This document shows, piece by piece, positions 13,543 through 23,500 of a stretch of DNA of 64,000 bases; positions within the stretch are counted from its first letter, which is position 1, and every line of letters starts with the position of its first letter. A model generated the notes under the pieces. It was not told the DNA's origin. It did not search any database and worked only from the letters and a program-made list of their open reading frames with translations. A program made the translations under genes and the position numbers. Source of the DNA: Monocercomonoides exilis PA203 (Eukaryota; Protista; Preaxostyla). The stretch is from contig LSRY02000075.1 of assembly GCA_001643675.2 (NCBI GenBank), positions 43,146-107,145 of the forward strand. Reading direction: 5' to 3'.

Positions 13543-14900
13543 TCAGCTTGAACTTGAATCCTTTTCTTCGTGTTGTTTCTTTTCCAATTCTTTTCTTCTT
13601 TGAGATCTTGTTCGGATAATGAATTCAATCTTAGCCTCGCTGATAACTGTCTGTACAGTATTGTTTTCTTCGGTGTCCTCTGGTTCCTCAACTTTATCTG
13701 AGTATGCAAATATTGCTTGTTGTTTTTGATCTCCGCTTTTACATATTTTCTTTGTTGGTGTTTGTTCCTCGGATTTTGAACTGGAATTTGTTTCGGAATC
13801 GGATTCCGCCTCAGAATCTGAATCGGATTCTGACTCAAGCCCACTTTCTTCAGGTGGAAGAATAGTTGAATTGCCTCTTGCTATCACGTGGGCCAGCTTG
13901 CTTGACACATCTGATCGGACGTAATGCTTTGTGATAGTGTTGCTTCTAGGAGAGAGTCTGGCAAACTTAGCAATTTGGGCTAAGGGAATTCCTGCCATCG
14001 GTAGCGCAGTGATAGACGCATGTTTCAATGAGTAAGGCCCGAAACACCTCGGAATCCCGGCATCCTGTAACATTTCAGCTGCATAGTTACGAATCCTTCT
14101 TGCAGAAAGTGTTAGATGAGTTTTCTCATCAATGAATAGTGAAGTTGCATTTGGCTGAGATTCTTTGATTCTGTTCCAAAGTTCCTTTACGGAAGCTGCT
14201 GGGCACACAAGCGGCTGTTCTTTTAGAAACGGGATGATAATATCTGTCCGTTCTGTCGATGTTTTTAATGATGAATCAAGTTTTATTTCATCGTCTCCAA
14301 TTGTTGAATTATGGAGGTTAATCCTTTCCAACTCCGTAAAGCGACAGGCGGAGAACAACATACATGTGCAAATAACCTTTTTTGTCAATTCGTGAAAATC
14401 AAGGTTCCTGTTCTCACCTAATGATGTTATTTTCAGCAGTAGGAGTTGTGGGTTCCAGATGTCTGGTTTGTCTCTTTTCTTCCTGTTTTCTGATCTTCTG
14501 AATGATTTTAATAGCCTTTGCATGAGAGCAGATTCTCCAAGGCCTCTTTTGTACAGTAATTCTGAGATAAGAGAAAATGCGGCACATGTTTGTTTGAGCG
14601 TCGAAGCTTTCGTCCCTTTGTCCTTCAGGCTTATGAAGATGTGAGCACATTTTTCAACCCAGGTACTCCAAGCTTCCGGTGGGTCTCCATTTCGATTATC
14701 TTCCCATATTTCACTGAAACGTGCATAACTATATGAATATCCTTTCCATGTGTTTTCAGCAACGCTATTTTTGCATTCATCGATTACCCTTTCGGAATAT
14801 CCCTTTGAAAGAAGCATTCTCCGAAACCATTCTTCTCCTTGTGATACTAAGGATTGATTAGGACTATTCTCATTCTGCCTGGTGGTAGACTTGCTTCCAT
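13543..14900 (-). CDS. DIRS tyrosine recombinase/integrase (C-terminal part of the 1133 aa ORF) with acidic Ser-rich tail
   Basis: SAM-like N-domain (SVAENTWKGYSYSYARF), catalytic R in FSACRFTEL, K in SSLKTS, YSLKHASIT (HxxR-box equivalent), and Y in TITKHY. Confidence 0.88.
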
Positions 14901-15264
14901 CCGTTTCATCCATCTTCCTTCCTTCAAAACCTGGTTCAGTTCTTTCCATCTCCATTCGCAGTGTCTCGACATTCTTATCAGTGGTTCCCATATCTGCCCT
15001 CTCCAATCTGGCATCAGAAGAAGAACATGTGCATTTTCCTCTATTGATTTCACAATCGTTGGAACTATTGACGGAATCGGAGGATAGGCTAAAATAACGC
15101 CTCTTTGCCATGATTGCTGGAGTCCGTCTTCGTTTAGCGTGCTTCCTGGACCGCACCATCTGTCCGCTTTCGTGTTCTCGTTCGTTGCGAACGCATCCAA
15201 CGTTATTATGAGATTGAGGTTTTCGGTGATCTCGTTTAGCTCTTCTTGTTTTATGGAGTAATCT
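14847..15264 (-). CDS. DIRS DNA N6-adenine methyltransferase-like (MT) domain, normally fused after RNase H
   Basis: DYSIK...LDAFATNENTKADRW...DGLQQSW...AYPPIPSI...LLLMPDWRGQIW matches the DIRS MT pattern (D.FA...N; DA....W; xPP; P.W..Q.W). It is in frame with RNase H if one G is removed from the G5 run at 15265-15269. Confidence 0.8.
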
Positions 15265-16944
15265 CCCCCTTTCTAGCCTGGATAGAGCATCTGCTCTGAC
15301 ATTCTTCATCCCTGGCAAGTGTTGGGCTTTTATCTGAATGTGATTGTTCTTAACAAATGTCCACATTTTCATCAGCAACTTCCTGAGGTTTGTTCCTGCA
15401 TTCCATCGATTGATATTGAAGACCGCTGTTGTTTTGTCTGATCTGATTAGCAAGCTGCAGACTTTGTTCGCTTGAAGAAGGTATCTGAAATGATTGAGTG
15501 CTCGATTGATTGCATATAATTCCCTGAAATTCGAGCTCTGGCCTTTCATCTTCCCTGGAAGCGATTGATGGAAATCGTATTTCTTGTTGTTCATCAATAG
15601 AAAAGCTCCCACGGCTCTCTCTGATGCATCTGTCGTCAAGGTTGCTTGTGGTTGGAATATTGGACAAATCTGTCTCGGTTTGTTCGCATTCAGTCTCGAT
15701 ATCCATTTTTGAATGCTCGGAAGGATTGATGGGTTGATTCTCATCCTTCCTTTCCACCCCACTTTTTTGACCATTCTGTTCAGCAGCATGTACATTGATG
15801 GAAGAAGGAGTGAAGCTTCCTTGAAAACGAAGCGAGTTGCACTAAGCTTTCCAATGAACGACGCGAAATCTCTCACTCTTGTTTGCTTGCATTTCAGTGC
15901 TCGGCGCCTCCATCTGTAACATTCTGTGAGCAATTCTTTCTTTCTGTCTTTCTCCAGAGTTACGGTGAAGTTGGAAGTGTCCCATGAATATCCGAGGAAT
16001 GAAAAACGATTTGATGGTTCTGTGTGGCTCTTTTCCAGGTTTACAATTAGTCCAAGCTTTTGAAATAGACTTATAACTTCTTGTGCGATTCTCTTTAGTT
16101 CTTGCTTGTCTTGATGGAGCAAGACAATGTCGTCTAAATATGCGACAGCTTTCACCTTCCATCTTTCCCGAATGAACGAAATGACCTTTCTCATAACTTT
16201 TGTGAATATTCTTGGAGAGTCCTTGTAACCGAAAGGCATGCTGGTGAAGCAATAAAATTCTTTGTTGAATTCGAAGCTTAGAAAAGGAGTGAAATCCTCT
16301 GAGACCTTGATGAGGTAGTAAGCTTGGCTTAAATCCAGTGTAACTGCGAAATCCCCATTCTTTATAATTCTTTCCACAGATCGATGATCCTCTTGTTTGA
16401 AGTGAATTGTTTTTATCGTATTGTTTAACCTCCTGCAATCCACAATCTGTCTCCAGCTCCCATTTTTTTTCCTGACAACAAATATTGGATTGAGAAATTT
16501 CACTTCGTTTTTGGTGGTTTTCCTGAGAATTCCAGTTTTCACTTGAACTTTGATTAACTCCGCCAAGGCTTCCCTTGCTTCTTGTGATTGCTTCGGTCTC
16601 CTGCAATTTACCTGAGAGTTGATAAGGGTTTTACGAGCTTTGGAACTCCTCCAAACCGGAACTACTCCTCTTTTGATCATCTTTTCTCCTCCCACAATTT
16701 TCCATGCATCGGAAAATAACGCTGTTCTTCCACCAATTGTGAGGTTGTGTTCTATTGAGACTTTGCTTTGTCCCCGGAACTCCCTCTTGAGTAATTTCTT
16801 GGAGCGCTGCTTGTGATGAATGATCGTTTTGTGCTGGGCGTCCGGGGCCAATCTCGAAAAAACCGATAATTCTTTGTTCCACTTTGAAATCCCCTGGTTT
16901 GTTTCTTCCTTGTATATAAATTTGTGATACTTGCAGACCCCCAT
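15265..16944 (-). CDS. DIRS reverse transcriptase + RNase H
   Basis: PIFVVRKKNGSWRQIVDCRRLN, LDLSQAYY, MPFGYKDSPRIF, YLDD, FLGY. RNase H motifs TTDAS, NFRELYAI, IRSD, HLPGMKNVRADALSR. Confidence 0.97.
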
Positions 16945-17594
16945 CTTTGTTTCGTGGATATCTTCTTCGATTCTTCTAAAATTTCTTTTTGTCTTTGAGT
17001 TAACAGCGATGATGAGAACTTGTCTTTCATTTTTTCTGATTCAGAAAATCCATATCTTGCTTGTATTCTAACGTGTCTAACTTCTTTCAGTGCCTGGGCT
17101 AAAAGTAAACATGAATCTGCTATCATTTCTTTCGTCGTATCTCCTGACTTGATTGTTGAACATGCCGAGATAAGTAACTTTATTGCTGGATAAAGATATG
17201 TTTCCGTCCTTTCCCCCGCACGATCGAGCGCGTCTTTCCATTATTCTTTGGATCTTGTAAATGGTGGAGGAGCATTCTGGATAAAAGGAATCAAATCTTT
17301 ATCTTTAAAAAATGATTAAGTTTTGTTAATTTTATTCTCTGGTGGATGCATATCATGAAATGAAATTTCTTGTGGCTGTCCAAATATTTCCATGAAAGCT
17401 TGCTGCAATGAAGACTCTCCTTCATCTTCTTCAATTCGTGTTAAATCTGTCCTGCCATCAAGTGCAGACTGAAAGATTTATTGGGAAGCGGAATAACTCC
17501 CTGCTATTGAAGGAATTGCACTCGGAGGGCCGCCAGTCAGCGGAGCTGCGCAAGGTTCGGTCGCGAGTCCGGTTCCCACGCAGATGGTCGACAT
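16752..17594 (-). pseudogene. DIRS gag-like ORF1, one continuous frame with three in-frame TAA codons
   Basis: The ATG at 17594 is in frame with ORF 16752..17126. Manual translation finds no frameshift but TAA at ~17480, ~17318 and ~17243. The position is typical of gag and overlaps the RT start. Confidence 0.65.
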
Positions 17595-18998
17595 GTTTTC
17601 TTTTGATCAGCGATCGTGACTGACCCATAACGTGGCGCTCTCAAAAATTTAAGAGAAGGAAGTGAAATAAATGTTTTCTCTGTAATCAAAACGCTTGTGT
17701 TTTGATTGTTCATGAATTTTTAAGACAAATAATGACATTGTCAAATATAGTTATAATCATTATTGTTCAATCAGAAAAATTTCAATCAATAATTGTCTGA
17801 TGATATTTCACAAATGTTTCTTTCCCTGAAGGAAATGCAAAACTTTGTGGAGTTTGTTGAACACTTGTTTGTTTGTTTCTTGCAACTATGAATTCAGTGA
17901 ATTGAATATTTAGAATTCAAAAAAAAAAGGTGCTCATCATAAAAGAGATAGAACAAATTATCCACATTCCGAAAACAGTTATGATTTCAAAAACAATCAC
18001 CAAACATGAAAAGAATCAAGCGAAGAATAACAAAGATCAGTGTGAAAAAGAAAAACACAACAACAAATATGTTGAAAAAGGAATTGGATTTTCAAGCTTC
18101 TTTTCTTGATGCATAAACGTGTCATTTCCTTCAATAAAATGGCAACACCAACAAATTGCAGTGAATCAATCAAATTTTGTCCCATTTGTTTGAAAACACC
18201 ATTGATGCAGTAATTTTGTTGATTTGTCTCATTCATTATATATTTTTTATAAAAAAACCAATCCATCAAACGGGTATTTTTTATTTATTGTAAATTAACC
18301 AAAAAGTTCATGAATGGTGCAGTTAATTTTGAAGAAAATGATTGAAGTGCTATGTTTTTGCCTCAGACGTTCTTCGAAAAAAAAACAAGAAAATCATCAT
18401 CAAAAAACAAAGAGTGGAAAATTTTGAGTTATTTCTTCAAAAGAGGTATTTTCGTTTTTTTTTTTTTTTTTTTTGAAAATAAAAAATTTTTGTCGAAGTT
18501 CAGCTTTTATTAAAAATCACAAATAATTTAAAAAAAAAATATTTTATTTTATTGTTTGAAATGATTTGAATAAACAAAATAAATAAGAACAAGGACCCCA
18601 ATGAATAAAGAAGACAAATAAAAGTATTGCTCACATATGTTGGTGATTGCCCTCAAACAGTTGAGATCGAAGTTCAACTGCACTTCCTTGTTGTGGGCAT
18701 ATGTGGCAAAATGTGGTGTTTTTTGAATGTGTTTCCACTGACAAATGCTGTCATTGGAAGAACATTTTTCAGCCAATTAATGCTATGACATTATAACAAA
18801 CACATTGACTGTTGAGGAAGATGTTCTTATCCCACATTGAAAACGCTTTGTCAAATTGTCTCTTCAGTTGAAGAAATAGAATAACAAAATTTTGCCAATG
18901 TTTATTTTTCCTCAGAAGCGATAAAAGAAATTGGAACAAAAATCAATACCATTGGGAACCATCACAAATCCTGAATAATTCGATTCATATTTGTAGTA

Positions 18999-19359
18999 TA
19001 GGGTGGTCCAAAATATTTTGTTTAAATTATTAAATATGGTATTAAAATTTTATTAAAAAACATTTTTCATAATAATAATCACATTTATGAGTCGTTACAA
19101 ATTGCAATCACCTTTTCCAACTATCAAACCATTGAAAAATCATATCTGTTGAAATTATTAGAAAAATTTTTGTATTCCAGGAACGAATTGTTCGAATATC
19201 TGGAAGCTCCAAACTTTAACAAATTGAAGCTTATCATGTATTTGATCAGCTCACAAACCGATTGACGAACAAAATTCAGTTTTATCGAATATTTTTTGAT
19301 ATTTTTATTTTTTATTTCCCATTTTTTATTATTTTTGCAAAGAAATATGGACCACCCTA
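18999..19359. mobile_element. Mirror copy of the TAGGGTGGTCCA MITE in the right palindrome arm
   Basis: Same TIRs and TA duplication; reverse complement of 11073-11433. Confidence 0.85.
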
Positions 19360-20562
19360 TATGTGCTAATTTTGCTTGGCCATGAGTATTTGTTCCATTG
19401 TGTTAGAGATGCAACTCCCACAAAATCAACAAACAACAGCAATCATTCACCTTCATCTGCTATTCTCATGCTCAGTGGCCTTTGACGGGAAGCTCATGGA
19501 GGCAAACACACTCAACCACAGATTCAACAACTCACAATAATGTGTATGTGTGTGTGTGTGTGCAATGGCACAAACAACAAGATGTTTTCCTGCACTGGAA
19601 AAAGAATGTCCTCTCTCAGCTGGAAAAAAAAAAAGAAGAAGAAATGCCAATAAAAGAGCATTTCTTTCTTTCTCATGTTAATTCGATTGCATTCTTGATT
19701 GGAACTGCATTTGAAGCAGTTGGATGACTGATGCTTGCCATTCATCAGGAGGGGACAAGATGCAGAAAATGTCTTTCCTGACTTTTGTGGGGATGTGTTG
19801 AGCCTTGCCCGGCTACTCAGAAACAGACTTGGCTGATAGCACCGAAACAGCAGCACGACAGCTCTCCGGCAAATACATCCAAGTCTTTTGCCCTCCCCGT
19901 GCTTCTTTCGTGGTCAATGGGCACTCCAGCCACAAAGCACCACAAAATCATGAATGACTTCGACTGCTTTTACAGATGCTGAATATCGAGTTTTCTTCTT
20001 GTTTTTCTTTGAAATGAAAAAAAAAAAAAAAATAAAGAGAGGAAATGAAACAGCAGCAACTGGGCAGTTCTTGCCCCATCCTGCAAATGCTTCATATTGT
20101 GAAGATGGATACAACCATACAAAAATACACACATAAAATAAATAAAATTATTCCAACAACAACTGAAAATGGAATATGAAATGTTTTGTCTGAAGCGATG
20201 CTGTGCTGATCAGAGTTCGGCCATGTGGGCATTGCCGCTTTTCCCAGCATGCACCATGCACCATGCACCTGGACAAGCATCCACAACACAATGGGCAACA
20301 ACCAATCATTGCTCCCACGGGTTCAGAGAAGCCTTCTGGCTTCACTCGTCCTCCAATGGCCATTGTGTTATCTGCACCAGGGTTTCTTTTTCTTTTTCAT
20401 TTTTCATTATCTTTTTCTTTTTTCTGTTCAAAACCAACTCTATTTCTGTGCTGTTCAAAAATGTTGAACACATTCAAAGTTTTCCAATGAATGCTCAACT
20501 CCTCTTGTCTGATTTTTTTATTTCATTATCCTGCTCTCCTCTGTTCTGTTCTGATCTCCTCA

Positions 20563-23500
20563 TCATTTGCCATTCGCCTCATCCTTCACTTCCTCTGGCT
20601 TCTTCATGTCTCTGGATCTGTTGCCAATGTCTGTCATGCTGGTCATGCATGTCGTGCTGTTCATGCTGGCTCCACTGGCCATGATGGCCAAGCTGGTGCT
20701 GCAGGCCTCCTCCGACTCCTCTTCGTACCCGATCGCATCTGTCATCGTGAGCACTGCTGCACCCGGAGGGAACAGTTTGATCAGCTCCCGCTTCACATCT
20801 CCCAGCGTCATCCGATCCTCTGCCTCATAACGCAGGCACCCACCCACAACCCCCCTCACACGCGACCCCTTCGCAACACCCATCCCCACCTTCTCTCCTC
20901 GCACAATCATGCTCCCTGCTGCCTCTCCCGAATACTCCCCAAACGGAATCTGCAGCGTCACACACTCCCACACCATCATCCCAACAGAAAACACAACCGT
21001 CTTCTTCGTCGCATGCTTCCTTGTTCCATTCAGCAGCTCTGGCGCCTTCCACCTCATGCACTCCTTCCTGTTGTCTTCCTCATCCTCAAAGGCAGACGAG
21101 GGCAGAGAGTTTCTGTCATCATCATCATCATCATCACTTGTTGATGTGACAACAGTTGATGAAGAGATGGAGGATGAATCAGAATCTGAAGAAGAGCAGT
21201 CAGAGTGGAGGGCAATTGTAATTACCATGTGCTCAGAGAACAGCACAATGTGGGGACTCAGATTGGTAAGAGATTGAAGTGGATTGTTCATTTCATCAAA
21301 CGAGTGGAGTGCAAGATTGGCCACCCAGAACAGGATCTGAGCAGCCGTCACCTCCCTCTCCTGGAGAGTTCCGATTGCCATCTCTTTCTTCTCATTCTTT
21401 CCATGAAGAAGCATGAACAGCGAATCCCTCAGATCCACAATCAGCTTCTCATGGGGAGACGAGCAGGCCATTGCATCCACCAGATTCGACATCGACGATG
21501 TGGTTGGGCACAGACTTTCCGATCGAACAAATGTGGATTCTGTGTCTGACGTGTCTGTGGTAGAAGTGGATGAAATGGATGGTGATGGTGTTCGCTTTCT
21601 CGATATATCATCTTCTTCCTCATCAACCTTCTCCAGCATCCATTGAGGGATCTTGTCTGAGTCTCTTCCCAAAATGTATTCTGTTGATCCACTCTCAGAG
21701 AGAAGATGCTCTGATGACTCGGAATGTCCCAAACTTTTCTCATACACCCTTTTCTTTATCCTCTCATCATTCTTCTTCTCAGCCTCCCTCTCTGCTCTCC
21801 TCCACTGCTCTTCTGGTGACATCTCCATCGTCACCATCTCAAATGCCTTCGGATCTTTTCTGATGTTATCATTCACAATCTCTCTCAAGTCTTCTGCTTC
21901 ATTCTTCACCTTCTTCCATCGAACAATGAATATTATCGACACAATTAATAGCACTACAACAGCTACAATGCAAACAATCAATATCCATGAGAATTTTCCT
22001 TCCTTTCCTCCTTCAACCACTTTATCAATTCCTGTCTTTGGTTCTGTTCTGTTCTTCAGTATCTGAGAAGAAGTTGCAGCCAATTGCTTTCCATACAATA
22101 TCATCACAGACACCTCCGTTTCGTCTGCAATCGTTGAAATATTTTCTGATGGAATCATCCCACCAACTTCCGTTTCTGATACAAAACTGTCTTCCTCAAA
22201 AGGATATGTCTCAATCACCTCCACATCCCCTGTTTTATGCACAACTCTGAAAGATAAGTCACATGGCACAAAAAGAGAGCCCTTGAATTTTATCATGGCA
22301 TTTCTTCCATTTTCATTCACAGAAACATCCTCCAGCACTGGGATGAACAATGGTGATGCTCGCTCCTCAACAATCCCCTTCAGCGTGCATCCATCATTCA
22401 GAATCCACATCGATGAATCTGGCAACACTCCATCTCCTCCCTTCAGACTCATAATATTCACCTCAGCTGAATCAGAACACAACATGTTTCTCCGCACCGA
22501 TGGATAATTCTCAATGGATGGGCTGTTGTTCTCAAATCTTCCTTCTTGAATAACTATTGTTGATCCTTCACTTACACTCATTCCTCCTTTTGAGGAATTA
22601 CAAACTATTGTATCTTTCATCATCACGAAGCAGTTCGAAAAATCAACAACAGATCCATTCCACCGACAGATCTCATTAGTTATTTCATTCAATTCTGCAT
22701 CAGCATTTGCATTTCCTTCAAACTTGCACAACTTCATCAAAATATTCTCACTCATTGCTATTGCCACTTGACTCCCTTTAAGCGATTTTGACACACATTC
22801 ATGGAAAGAGCAGTTACGAATCTCAAATCCACTCATTGGATGTGTTGTGCAAATAATGCTTGATCCAGAAGTTGATCGGCTGATGTTTGTGAACGACGAC
22901 TGTACCAATGATGAAACAAACAGAGACGAATGGATATTTTCAAATGCAAACAGGCTTTTATCTTGCAGGGTGATATTAGATGCTTTCAACTTTATGATGC
23001 CCAAATTCTCGCTTTCATCACATTCAATCATCGAACTTTTGCAATCCACATCATCCACTCCCACATCCTCAAATGTTGCCATTTCTGAATGCAATATCTG
23101 AAACACAGGCTTCGAGAAACCAATATGACCAATATTGCACTTATCGACCTCAAATATCCCTTCTTCAACAATAATCAGAGAAAAATCAAAAATGGTCTGT
23201 GAATTCTCTGTTGTTCTCGACTCAGATTGAAATGAAACAGATTCGAGAATAAGAGATCCATTCAGCTGATGTAATAAACACGAGCAGGCAACATTCTGTA
23301 TTCCACCAAAACCAAATGAAATATTCTCAAATCGAACAAACTCAGAAGTTGTCACAGCTCCTTCACCAGCCAAGTTGATCTCAATCACTTTTATCTCTGC
23401 ATTTCTGTTCGCTTCCATCGATTTTATGGTCACCTTTTGAGCAGAGCACGAACCAGTTAAAGTCGTTTCATTCCAAATATACAGCTGTGAATAGCTTGAG

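Larger units (their letters stand above)
13069..17707 (-). mobile_element. DIRS1-type tyrosine recombinase retrotransposon, full length (~4.64 kb)
   Basis: ~70 bp inverted terminal repeats (13086-13154 / 17601-17670) with unequal outer extensions. An internal complementary region lies at 13406-13513. Coding order is gag, RT, RNase H, MT, YR. ATT trinucleotide at both junctions and no longer TSD. Confidence 0.96.

Noticed and set aside
13069-17707. Interpretation as a bacterial retron, DGR or prophage integrase module (RT + recombinase + MTase)
   Set aside because: The Ty3-like RT with RNase H, the ITR/ICR structure and the eukaryotic context match known DIRS1 retrotransposons. There is no template/variable repeat pair with adenine-specific differences.
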